The notes beneath the pieces were generated by a model. That model saw nothing but the letters and a program-made list of their open reading frames with translations, was not told the origin of the DNA and made no database searches. 64,000 nucleotides of DNA from Neovahlkampfia damariscottae (taxonomy: Eukaryota): assembly GCA_016618085.1 (NCBI GenBank), contig JABLTG010000103.1:1-64000 (forward strand), written 5' to 3'. The position numbers and the translations under genes were made by a program. Every line of letters starts with the position of its first letter. The stretch's first letter is position 1. Positions 47,987 through 60,700 of the stretch are shown here, one piece after another.

Positions 47987-49681
47987 TTATTCAAATCCAA
48001 ACAAAACATCTTTCAACTTTAAAACTCTTTCACTTTTCAAATCCAAAATTCTTTTTAGTTTCTTTTCAATTTTCTCCAAAAACACATTTTCTTGAAAATC
48101 TTTTTCTTGAAGATAAGAACCTTTATAAGAAAAACCGTGTGAAAAAATTTGAAACCAATCATCCAATCGGAGAAAGCAATTTAACTTTTCATTCAAAATG
48201 AAACTATGATACCTCAAATCAATATATTTGCATAAACCATCATAGTATCCAGGATTTGCTTTTGTAAATAAAAAAATATTTCCTGGATTTTCTGTAATTG
48301 CTTGTTTTAGTATATCTGGATCTAAACTCATCTTTTCTGGTAGCAAATTCTTTGGTGATTTGATTTTGCCATCTTTATTAAAAATTTGAAAAAATAATTG
48401 AAGAACTTGTTCATCTTTTTTCAATTCTGAACTTGTTTCTTTAAACACCCGATAACTCAATGCTAACAAATCCAGAACATTTTGTTTTTTTTCAAATATT
48501 TTAGATGGGATATATGGGATAATATTGTATTGTAAATGAGGCGACATAATGGCACTTTTGATGAGTTCAATATTATCTGTATAATTCGGAATATTGAATA
48601 GATGAGATGGCCAATTCTTGACAACCTCACAAAACAAATTAGTGCTGCGCATTTTTTCGGGAATTTTGGTAATCAAAAATTGTGGACTTTTTGACATTCT
48701 GAGGACAAAATCCCTATCATTATATAAATATTGTGGTATATGAGCATTAACATAATCGCCTTGTGTGAAACTGTTCAATGCTTTTTGTATTAAATCTGGA
48801 TTTTCTTTGAGTTCAATTGGAAAATATTTGTATGATAATGATATTTTGTTCAATGAAAATTCTGCAATTTCATAATTTGATTTCATTTTTTCTGATAAAA
48901 ATTTGTAATTCTCTCCTTTCTTTCTTATTGCAATTTTTGCAATTTCTTTTTTGTCTTTTAAATCATTTCCAATGAATTTAATAGATTTTCCACATTGTTG
49001 AATCGCTATTAAGACTGATTCTTTTGAATTTTTTATTTCATTTGGAGCTTCTTTTAATTTCATTCCTTGTTCTTTTAAAATTGGGTACCATTTTTCTTTC
49101 ATGAATTGATAATAATTTTCAACGAGATTTGATAGTTCTCCTTCAATTTTTTGATAAAGTGCATTCAATTTTTCCAGTTTACCTAATTTCCATTCTTTTA
49201 ACATTTTTATGTTGAATTTGTTAATGAAAATGCCATCCAAAGCTTCTGACGTTGATTGATTCTTTTTCCACATTTTAAGCTTAATAGTCATTTCCAGCAA
49301 GTATTTTTGATGTACTTCATTAGGTTCTAGTTGAATTTTGAATTTCAAAAGGGGTAGCCTTTGAATAAAGTATTCAAAAAATTCATGAAACAAATTTTTG
49401 TTTTCCAAATCTTGTTCACTCCTCAAACAAATTGGAATTCTACATTGATTTGAAACAAACTCTTGATGCTGTTTTGACAACAAGAATAATCTAAAATCAT
49501 GTTTTTGTAAAGTCAACTCTTCTGGGTCAAATAAATACCTTGTTTCAAAATAAAAAGTTGATATCTATTACCAGTATTTTCTATTTTTCAAATAGGATCT
49601 ATATTCATGATTTATCGTTTGGTTAGATAACTTGTTCAATTCCTTCAAAATTGCTTTGTAAATCTGTTGTTCTTTCTCCAT
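47987..49681 (-). CDS. DUF4116-repeat protein
   Basis: Repeats such as LKEAPNEIKNSKESVLIAI, IKFIGNDLKDKKEIAKIAI, FKETSSELKKDEQV; first exon from ATG 49681, intron near 49571-49539. Confidence 0.78.
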
Positions 49682-49775
49682 CAACTACTCCTATTGGACG
49701 GCTCAAAGGAAAAAAAGAAAACACTCCTGAAAACAATTTTCCATTGGACCTGTCGATAAGAATATAAAAATTCAG

Positions 49776-49848
49776 TGGACCACTAGGGAATCGAACCCTA
49801 GACCTCCTGCTTGCAAAGCAGGCGCTCTACCAACTGAGCTAGAAGCCC
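49776..49848 (-). tRNA. tRNA-Ala (UGC)
   Basis: Complete cloverleaf, anticodon TGC, G3.U70, TTCGA loop, T5 terminator; identical to 54504-54576. Confidence 0.97.
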
Positions 49849-50246
49849 TTTGACGTAAATAAGGTTGTAGGTTGGAATTTGGATCATTCATTTTTGATTT
49901 CCAAAGCTAGTTTTTTTTCATTAACAGACAACAAGACGTCTGTAAGTTTACCTGCGGATGCCAAATTACTTTTTTGAACTTTTTTTTTGTATGAGACAGG
50001 TTTTCAGACAGAAAAGCAAAAGAACAAACTGATGAAACATTATTGATTGAAGAATCTCGAGTTTGAATTGAAAACTTGGCATTAGTCGGAGTGTTTCAAA
50101 AGAGAATTTCTGTTAAATCATATTTATTTGCTTGAAGAGAATTATCTTTACTTTTGTTTTTCAAAGATTGAGTATCATGTCATAAGAGAATTAACGGTAA
50201 ATATTCCACCAATCAAATAGCAAATCCAATCAAAAGAGACTTTACA

Positions 50247-53200
50247 ATGTCTTCTGTTGTTTGGCAACTTCAGAAAACAAAATTAACTGATGAACAAATA
50301 TATGCAGCAGAAGATAAATTTAATACAAATACTATGGAAGATAAATTCTGCCTGGCCACCATGTACATGAAAACAAAAGATATTGTTCGAATTAAAATTG
50401 GTTTATCCATACTGACCGGTTAAATTTTTTGAAAACCTCTAAATATTTTAGAACTTTCAAATGAAGGATATGTAGTCAGAGAAAGTTTATTCTATTCAGC
50501 GTATGGAAATTACAAACTTGGAGATTATGTTCAAAGCAAACTGTGAGTTTTTTTTGAATTTTTTTTAACTTTTTTAAAGATTAATAAAAAGGTTATTAAC
50601 TATAGATGAAGGAAATAAAGACGCAAAAGAATTATTAAAATTAGTTGAAGAAGAACAAGACCAACTTAGAAAAGACAGAAAAAAGAACGAAGCAAAAAAG
50701 AAAAACATATTTGCTACTAATGAACAATCAAAAAAAATAAAGCAAATATTAAAAAAAATTGAAGAAAGAAAATCTGTAAGTCTTTGAAAAAGTTATTTAA
50801 CATGGTTTTTTTTTTTCAAGAACCCAAGAACAAACGTTTTTCAAAAATCTAAAGAAGACTACATTTCAAGAAGTAAAAAGAATTGATTTTTAATTAACAC
50901 TTTCAAAAAAGTCTCTAAAAACGAACTGTCATACCTTTTTAATGCATTCAAAAACATTGATGTTTTCAAAACTTCAAAATTTGATGGTGATTCATTTCAG
51001 AGGTCTTGTGACTTATTTGTAATCAATGGCTGCTCTTTTGCTTATTTGTATGTTTTTCCATTTTTTGAAAAATTAACCACCACTCTTTTGGCTAAAGCAA
51101 AAATGACTACAGATACCACATTTTTGGATGACGTCAATTATATTGAAGAAGAGGATGATGACCTTTTTGATTTTCAAGAAGAAGAAACAACACCAAATTC
51201 AACCGATTCAGATTTCAACAAAGGAAGTTTTCATCTTGTAAAGAAAAGTTCATTTGAAGGAATGGTAACTGTAGATTCACCACCAAATGATTCTCCTTTA
51301 AAAACATCAAATTTAAAGTTAATCAACAAAACAAAGAGAAGATCAAGAGATTACTCAAGTACACCAACACTCATACCAAATTCAAATCCTTTACTTTCAG
51401 TTTCAATGACAAGCTCACTTCCTGAAGGAAATTCTTCATATATGGACATGAACCAAAGATTAAGCCAGACGCTAACAGGAAAGAATAGAATGAGAACAGG
51501 AACAGTAGCTATTAAAGAAAATAGAGAAATAGAAGCTAGTAGAATGATAGACTTAGAACAGTACTTCTTTGCTCTTTCTATCTTATTCAAAGGAACAATG
51601 GAAGAAAGATTAATCAGTAATTTTTTTTTTTTTTCACAACTTTTTTTGTAGTGTCTTTTCAAGCGTTTGATTCAGACTCTAAAGGTTTTTTATTACAAGA
51701 TGATTTGAGAAAAGCATTTGAATCCACAGCTGAACTTTTTAATGAACTTGGAATTGAAATGAATGACCCAACAGTATTGGCTGAAACTATTATGAATTTT
51801 CATGGAAAGAAAAAGATACAACTTGTAACAACATAATTTAATCAACTAATTTTTCTTTTCAAGAGTGACTTTGTTGAAATTATTTCAAAAAATTATAACC
51901 AAATTATAACCTTCGGTATGCATGAAATGAAAAAAGAAGAAATTCAACATGGTATAAAAATAGGTGTTTCATCATCTTTTGCCGGTTCAAATTTTCATTT
52001 AGTTTTAGGATTAATGCTTGGTATAAGAAATTCAGTAACTTTGTATTCACCATTAAGAAGAAAAGTATGCGAAGATGATTTTTCAGTTGAAGTCAAGTTC
52101 ACTATACCTTGTTTAAAGAATGAAGACGATGATAAAACGATACAACAAAAACCAACTGTTTTTCTTGATTACGCACCAAGAGTTTTTCAAGCCATTAGAA
52201 AATTTTATTCAATTTCTGAAGAAGAATATTTATTATCCATTGGTTTTGATCAAGTTGTTGGAAATTTATTGTTCGGAAAATTATCAACACTTTCTGAATT
52301 GAATTCAGAAGGTAAAAGCGGATCACATTTTTTTTATTCACATGATGGTAAATTTATGATTAAATGTATTCCATCACGTGAATTCAATGCTTTTAAAAGA
52401 TGTTTACCAAAATATTATAATCATTTATTAAATAATCCAAAAACTTTGATCAATCGTTTCATTGGTTGTTTTGAATATGAAGGACTTGGTTACGTTGTAA
52501 CACAAAATTTATTTTGTACAAAACTTGAAATTCATGAAATTTATGATTTAAAAGGATCAACTATTTCAAGATCTAATCCAAAAGGAAGAGTTAAAAAAGA
52601 CAATGATTTAAAAACTAGAATTGATTTATTACAAGATCAATATCAAGAATTGAACTCTATTTTAAACAATGATTTAGAATTTCTTCAATTAATGAATTTC
52701 ACAGATTATTCATTTTTATTAGGCATTCATAATTTCACATCTAATTCACTTTCAATTATTGAAGGATGTGATTCAAATACACTCTTTCAAAAAAATTTAG
52801 GAAATGGTATTCTTTCATCAGATTCATCAAGAATGTTTTATTGTGGAATTATTGATATTTTGTCAGAATATGATTTAAAAAAAGCAACTGAAGTTCAATT
52901 GAGAACTATTCAATATGGAAGTAAAGCAGGTGCAGCAAGTGCTCAACCACCTGATAAATATGCAAAAAGAATGAGTACTTTCATGACAACTAAAGCATTA
53001 AAAGAAGTACAAAATAAGAAACTAGCTGTAAGGTTCAGAGATTCATTTGGAGGAAAACCAAATATTGCTCAAAGTCATTCATTGACAAAACTATCCGATA
53101 AAGAGTTAATTGATTTGATATTGAATGTATTGGATGAATCAGGAGGTGTTGAAATTAAAGATAGAAAACAAAGATTTAAAACTTATTCACAGTGCTTTGT

Positions 53201-53690
53201 TGGATCAGAATTAGTTTCTTTGGTGATTAAATATCTCAATTGTGATCGAGAAACAGCTACAAATTTAATTCAAAAAGAATTTTTTGAAAAGTACAGAGTT
53301 ATAAAACATGTTAATGATGAAAGTGAATTTAAAGATGATAATTCATTCTATGAAAAAGTTGATTCATTTTTGGATAGAATTGAATGTTCAACTTTGAAAG
53401 TTGGTGTTTTACATTTTGATAAAAAATCGAAACAACCTTTGGATTGCTTATTGTATTCAGATTCTTCATTGATTGTAACTGATGGACAAAAATCAGGAAA
53501 AATTAAGAAATTACTCATTCAAATTGAATCTGTTTTCAAAAATGTTGAACAAAATGGTTTCAGTATTGTTTGGAATGATGGAAAGAGCGCTCAAGTTTCA
53601 AGATTCACTGCAGATTCTGAAGAAGATTTGGAAAATTGGATTTCAACCATTCAAGAAATGATCAAAGCAAAAAATATTGAACAAATTTAA
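50247..53690 (+). CDS. Phosphatidylinositol-phosphate kinase (PIP5K family) fused to N-terminal Fis1-like TPR and EF-hand-like region, C-terminal DEP and PH
   Basis: Six tiny introns give one frame. Fis1-like IGLSILTEL..RESLFYSAYGNYKLGDY..LL..D.GNKDAKEL; AFDSDSKGFL; DYAPRVF, GKSGS.F..S.DGKFMIK, YDLKGS, DYSFLLG, GIIDIL; DEP IKDRK.RFKTY..CFVGSELV; PH FTADSEEDLENWI. Confidence 0.88.
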
Positions 53691-53822
53691 TAAATTATTT
53701 TTTACTTCAAGTAAACGTTTTTAACCCTTGAATTTAATCCAATCACTTTAGAATTTATAAATAGAAGATTGAATTGACCAATCAACAATTTTCATAACGT
53801 TAGAAAAATAAAAAATACAACA

Positions 53823-54387
53823 ATGGTCAATTGGCTCGGAGTTCCTGAATGTGAAAGTAATCAAGCAATTTTATGGTGTGTTTTAGCATGGTTTTTACCT
53901 GGTATTGCTCAAATTGTAGCTGGTGTTTCATTAGGACATTCAGATTCAACTTATATTGGAATAGCAATTATTCTTCTTTTGGTGTTTTTCCCACTTGTAT
54001 CATTCATTTTGATAACATTAATTTCAATTGTAACTTTTGGATTTGGTGCTATTCTTTTCAACGTTTGGCCTATTGTGTTCATTATTCCATCAATTTGGTC
54101 AATTGTTTGGGTAATTCTTTTTTCTTTTTTAAATTCATTTTCAGGGTATAAATTGTGTTGTGAAAAATGGTAATGGCGTTCAACAACAAAATGTTGTGTA
54201 TCAACAACCACAACAACCTCAACAACCGATGCAACAACAACCAATGCAACAACAACAACCAATGATGCAACAACCAATGCAACAGCAACCACAACCACAA
54301 CAACAACAACAACAACAATATGTAGATCAAAATGGACAACTTTATGTTTTGGGTCAAAACGGAGAACCTGTCTACCTCAACCAATAA
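53823..54387 (+). CDS. Small membrane protein (Spec3/Stum-like) with Q/P-rich tail
   Basis: AILWCVLAWFLPGIAQIVAG...IWSIVW/GI; intron 54111-54144; tail of QQPM repeats. Confidence 0.7.
54181..54318 (+). repeat. CAA-rich low-complexity coding repeat (Q/P/M)
   Basis: caacaacca(atg) iterations. Confidence 0.85.
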
Positions 54388-54503
54388 ACATTTTAAACAA
54401 ACGAAATATTTAATAATCTTGTGCTAAAACAAACAATGTTACATCAAATAACTGACCTACATTTTTGTGATTGGTTCCGTATATTATTTTTGTCCAATGT
54501 CAA

Positions 54504-54576
54504 GGGCTTCTAGCTCAGTTGGTAGAGCGCCTGCTTTGCAAGCAGGAGGTCTAGGGTTCGATTCCCTAGTGGTCCA
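54504..54576 (+). tRNA. tRNA-Ala (UGC)
   Basis: GGGCTTC TA GCTC AGTTGGTA GAGC G CCTGC TTTGCAA GCAGG AGGTC TAGGG TTCGATT CCCTA GTGGTCC A, followed by T5. Confidence 0.97.
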
Positions 54577-54730
54577 CTGAATTTTTGATTTTGTTGATGG
54601 GTTTTTTTTGTTGGTTTGTGGTGAGTTTTGTGAATTTCTTTCAAACTAAATAATTTTTTGTTCCAAAATTGGTCATTGTCATCTCTAAAATTGTTATTTG
54701 GACATTCTGACATTTTCATTGGTCAAAACA

Positions 54731-57700
54731 ATGAACTGGTTGACAACGACTCTTTCGCTATTGTTGTTTTGTGCTGTTGTCGTGTCTACGAACCTTTATG
54801 GTTGTGGAAGAAATACTGTAAGAGTTATTCACTTTCTAACTCTGAAGTACTCGATTCTCTTAGGTATTCATTTTTTTGAGCTCACCCAATTGTAGAAAAT
54901 GGAATTCGTAAAATTCTCATTCTTTTTAAACTTGGTCCTTAGTTTCAAAGAAAAACCCATCACCTGTTGCGGCACCTGATGGATTTACTTTTGTAGATGC
55001 TGGTACTAATTTCGCTCTATTTTTAAGAAATGATTCCACTGTATGGGCAACTGGAAAAGGAGAAGTAAGTTTTGGACCAATAACACTCACCTTTGAAAGA
55101 ACATTGGTATCGAATACACCGGTTCAGTTTATGAACCAGTTCAAATACCTTCTCTTTTCAACATAACAAAAATATCTGCTGGAGCATATCATTCTTTAGC
55201 ATTATCTGGAAACGGAAGTTTCTATACTTTTGGTTCAAACACAGTTTTTTTTTTTAAATTTTAAACTTGTTTTTTATGGAAGCATTATCAACTTGGTGAT
55301 GGAACTAACATCTCAAAAACTGTTCCAGTGCTAATCAAACATATTGAAAACGTCATTGAAGTTAATGGTGGACGATATCATACTTTAGTTTTAACAGAAA
55401 ACGGAACTGTTTTTTCTTTTGGTTACAATTCAGTTTTTGTTTTTTCTTTTTAATTTTCAAAGCATGGACAATTAGGTCTCAACTTAACAAATTCAACACT
55501 ACATATGGAATATCCGACTATGATTCCTACTTTTACAAATATCACAAAAGTTTCTGCTGGTGGTTATCATTCAATGATATTGGACAATGGTGGAAACGTT
55601 TATGTTTTTGGTTCTTCAACTGTAAATGAATTCTTTTTTTTTAATCAAAAGTATGGACAACTGGGCCTTGATGATCAAGTGGAGCACATTTCTCCTGTAA
55701 GAAATAGCTTTTTTGAAAATGCGGTTGCAATAAGCGCAGGTGGTTTTCATTCGCTAGTATTAGATAGTGGTACATCTTATGGATTTGGTGATAATTCAAT
55801 ACAACAATTAGGGGTTGAAAGAGAAGTTAATTTAAGTCCTCGATCAATATTTCAGAAAACAAAATTCATTTATGCTTCTTTGAATGAAATGCCAGTAGCA
55901 GCCATTTCTAACCTTGACCAAGCTCTGAAGAATGGATTTGGATATTATTTTGTTGAACTCTCAAATTGTACTGGGATTGCATGTGGTAAATCAACTTGTT
56001 ACTTTGTCAAAGATTCCAAGATTTATAGTAGAGGAACTAATGAATTTGGAGAAGCTGGGGTTCCATTAATCAGAATGACTCATTTGAAAGGAATCGATAA
56101 AAAGATTACTGGGGAAAAACATTCATTGTCTCTCAAAAATACATCCCTATTTACTGTTGGAGAAAGTAAGATCGATGAATTTTTTAACAAAATTTTCAAG
56201 GTGAGTATTATCAACTTGGAAATCAATACAAAGGAGATTCAGGATTTCCATTTGCCGTCCAACCTTTTGAAAATATTTCACACATTGCTGCTGGCGAGAA
56301 ATTTTCTATGTTTGTTTCTGAAAATGGATCATTGTACGGAAGTGGATATAATGGAGACGGTGAATTAGGATTAGGAAATCCCCAAAGCACTAACATTTTT
56401 ATACCATTAAACATCCCAACAAAAGTTTTACAACTTTCAGTCAGTAACTCTTTTGCTTTGGTTATTGCAAATGTTTCTGATTTTTATTCAATGGGAATTA
56501 ATACTTATGGAGAAATCGGAAGTGGATCCGTAGGATTACAGAAATCTTCTCTATTCATCAAATCAGGAGTTCTCAAAATAGCTGCTGGTGGGTTTCATTC
56601 ATTGATATTATGCGAAGATTCCTCGGTATATTCTTTTGGGAGAAACAATGTGAGAAAACAATGACTAATATATATTTCTGCAGAAAGGACAATTAGGCGA
56701 TGGTACTACTAATAATAATGCTACTCATATAAAACTTGATGTTCTAAATGTCACTGAAATATCAGCAGGACGAGAATTTTCAATTCTTCTGGTTGAAAAT
56801 AATTCTATTTACGTTTTTGGATCAAACACAGTAGAAATTTGCATGTTAATATTTTTTAGTTCGGACAATTAGGTTTGGGCATCATCAATGGCTCAGTTTT
56901 ATTTCCAACTTTGTTGGAAAACTTTGTGAATGTCACAAAAGTTGCTTGTGGTCACGAACACACAGTTGTTTTAACTTCAGACCACAAAGTTTATTTATTT
57001 GGAAGTAATGATCAAATGCAACTTGGAAATGATTCACTCCCATACAAAAACATAAATCCAGTTCTACGTGATGATACAAATCATTATTTGGATATTGATG
57101 CTTCATTCTACAATTCTTTTCTTTATTTCGAGTTCAAATGCTTTGGTATATTAGAATCAAATAATTCAGTTTGTTCATCAAATGGTGCTTGTACTGGTAT
57201 TGATATTTGTACTTGTTTAAATGGATTTTCTGGTGATAAATGTCAATTTCATTCTTGTTTTGGAATCAATGCAACTAATTCTATTGTTTGTTCATCTCAT
57301 GGTTCTTGCAATTCATTGAACAATTGTACTTGCAATAATGAATATGCAGGAAGTCAGTGTGAAATCTATTCATGTTTTGGAGTGAATTCAACAGATTTAA
57401 ATGTTTGTTCCTCAAATGGAAATTGTGTCAGTTCAAATGTTTGCAATTGTGAAAAAAATTACACAGGAAATGATTGTGAATTTTCAACTTGTTTTGGATT
57501 AAATTCCACAGATTCAAATGTTTGCTCATCACATGGGACTTGTATTTCAGTCGATAATTGTACTTGCAGTCTTGGATATTTTGGAATACAATGTGAATTT
57601 CCTTCATGTTTTGGTATAAATGCTACAAATTCATCAGTTTGCTCTTCGGAAGGAATTTGTTCGTCTCTTGATAATTGTACTTGCAATATTGGACATCAAG

Positions 57701-60700
57701 GTAGTGAATGTCAAGAATTAATCCCTCCAACTTCATTATATGGTTCAGGAAAGAATTTTGTAATTATTCAATTATTTTAATATGTTTTTAGGATTCAATG
57801 CTTCTTGGTAATTTTAGTTTTTTTTCAACTTAATTTTACAGGAAATGGAATAGGTTTGAATTTTATCATATTGATTTTTTTTAGCTACTTCTCATACCTC
57901 AAACCCATTTGATATTCCAAAAGGATTTATTTCAATATCAGCTGGTGATGAATTTACACTCTTTTTGAGAAATGATTCCACTGTCTGGATTGTCGGAAAA
58001 GGAATGGTAAGAAATCAACATATTCTAAACATTCATTTGAAGAATGGAATGGGAATGAATTTAGATTATCAAATTTATAAACCTGTTCAAATTCCAACTC
58101 TCTCAAATATTTTAAAAATAGAAGCCGGAAATAATTTTGGATTCGCTATTGGGTATAATAGCAGCTTATTCGTATTTGGTTCAAACTCTTTTGGAACTTT
58201 GGGAATGAGTTCGATATCAGAAGTACTTACTACAGCCATAAATCCATATCTGAACAATGTTTCTCATGTTTCTGGTGGTATTCAGCACTCTTTGTTCATA
58301 TCCAATGGTTCTCTGTATAGTTGTGGTCAAAATACAGTAAGTGATTCATTATTAATTTTCATCATAGTATGGCCAATTGGGTGATGGAACTTTTGTTCAA
58401 AAACCAATTCCAGTTTTCATTAGTTCACTTTCTAATGTTGTTCAAATTTCAGCTGGTAATTGGCATTCTCTTGTGTTGCTTGATTCTGGAGAAGTTTATT
58501 CATTCGGATCTCATGTAAGATCAAAATAATGCTAACCCAACAAATAGACAGGTGGGGTTTTAGGTGTTGGAATCATCACTTCAAGTAAAAACTCACCACA
58601 ATTGATCACTACCCTTTCAAACATTACTCAAATTTCTGCAGGGAATGCTCATTCAACTGTCATAGATCATATCGGAGACGTTTATGTATTCGGATCAAAT
58701 ACAGTTGGTGAAATTGGATTGGGTATGACTCTTGAATCTAAAGTACCTCTATTACTATCAATAAGAAATATTAGTTCCATTTCTGCTTCTCAGAGAAACA
58801 CTTGGTTCATTAAAAATGATAGAACAGTTTTTGTGACAGGATTTGGTGTTAATGGACAATTAGGGTTAGGTAACTATTCAACTATATATACTCCAACACA
58901 ACTAAATAAGTTTCTGAATTGTACTGCGGCAACATCAACATCAACAACTTCTTACATCCTAAATGATGATGAAATCTTTGTTTCAGGGTTATTTTCAAGT
59001 AATATTCAAACAACATCATTATTGGGCTCTTACAAGAAGATATTAACTGGAGAAGACCATTCATTAATTTTGGACAACAATTCTACTTTACATGTACTTG
59101 GAAATAGTAAGAACTTAAAAAACTGAAATTTTTCAAAGATTTTGTTCATCAACTTGGAATTTCAACAACTATTGATCCTCAAACAACACCAAAGAAAGTA
59201 AATGAATCCTTAAAAGTCAAGAGAATTATAGCTGGGTCTTCTTATTCTCTTATTGTGACGGAAGATGGAAGAACTTATGGATCTGGTGAAAATACTCTGG
59301 GACAACTTGGAATTGGATCAAAAACAAATTCATCTATTTTCACACTGATTCCACTTCCTCCAATTGATTATATTTCAACTGGAAAGAGTTCTTCTTTTGC
59401 ACTGAGTAATTCAAAAGATTGTTACGTCTTTGGCTATAATGGGGAGGGTGAGCTTGGAATAGGATCCACTACAACAACTAGAACACCATCATTTAGAGTA
59501 TCTGGTATATCTTTAGTGGCAATGGGTCAAACTCATTCATTTGTAATGAGCAATGATTCAACAGTTTATGCATCTGGAAGCAACAATGTAAGAGAACATT
59601 TTTGAAATTAATTGTAGGTTGGTCAATTGGGAATTGGGTTCACATCTTCAAGAAGAGTGTCTCCAGTCATCGTAAACATTCAAAAAATCATTCAGATCTC
59701 TGCAGGAGATACACATAGTTTATTTCTTAATAGCAATTATCAAGTATATGTTTGTGGTTCTAACAGAGTAATATTTCTTCAAATTAAACTATAGATGGGT
59801 CAAATAGGTTTTTCAGATGTTTCAACACCAAAATCATCTCCAACCTTGCTGTCCACAGTGCATAACGTTTCAAAAATTTCATGTGGATTCGAACACACGT
59901 TGTTGCTCACCAATGATTTCAAAGTTTATGCTTTTGGAAGTAATACAGCTTTTCAAATTGGAAATTCATCTCTTCCAGATGTTAATAATTACCCTATCCT
60001 CATAGATATTTCAAAACGATATTATGATATTGATGCTTCATATTTCAATTCATTTTTTTTTGTTGACAATATTCAATGTTTTGGAATTTGGTCAACTGAT
60101 TCTACTGTCTGTTCTTCAAATGGAGTCTGTGCCTCTTATGATAATTGTCAATGTAACAATGGCTACTCTGGAAATCAATGTGAATTCACAAAATGTTTCG
60201 GAAAAAACTCCACAGATTTTTCTGTTTGTTCAAACAACGGTACCTGTATCTCACTTGATCAATGCCTTTGTTCAAAGAGCTTTGGGAATGAATGTCAATT
60301 TCCAATTTGTTTCGGAATTTATTCAAATGAAACAGCTGTATGCTCCAACAACGGAACATGTGCTGCTCCGGATAATTGTGTTTGTTCTAAAGGGTACTCT
60401 GGAAGTCAATGTGAAGTATCAAGTTGTAATGGAGTTTCAGTCTCAAATCCAAATGTTTGCTCTGGAAATGGTAATTGTGTGTCACTTGATAAATGCACTT
60501 GCAACACAGGATTTTTGGGGAATGATTGTCAATTTTTTTTGCAATGTTACGGCAAAAATTCAACAGATGATGTTGTTTGCTCAGGAAACGGAAACTGTTC
60601 ATCATCTGATATCTGTATTTGCCAAAATGAATACGTCGGAAATCAATGCCAATTCAAAGAATCTTTGAAATGCTTTGGAAAAAATGCAAATGATACAGGG

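Noticed and set aside
49860..50200. Possible ncRNA between tRNA-Ala and the PIP5K gene
   Set aside because: No snRNA, snoRNA box pair or stable structure could be supported by eye.
54181..54318. PolyQ tract as part of huntingtin
   Set aside because: Opposite strand, 12 kb away, and in the tail of a separate small membrane protein.
54510..54719. ORFs overlapping tRNA genes (also 62909-63103)
   Set aside because: Incidental translations of tRNA sequence.
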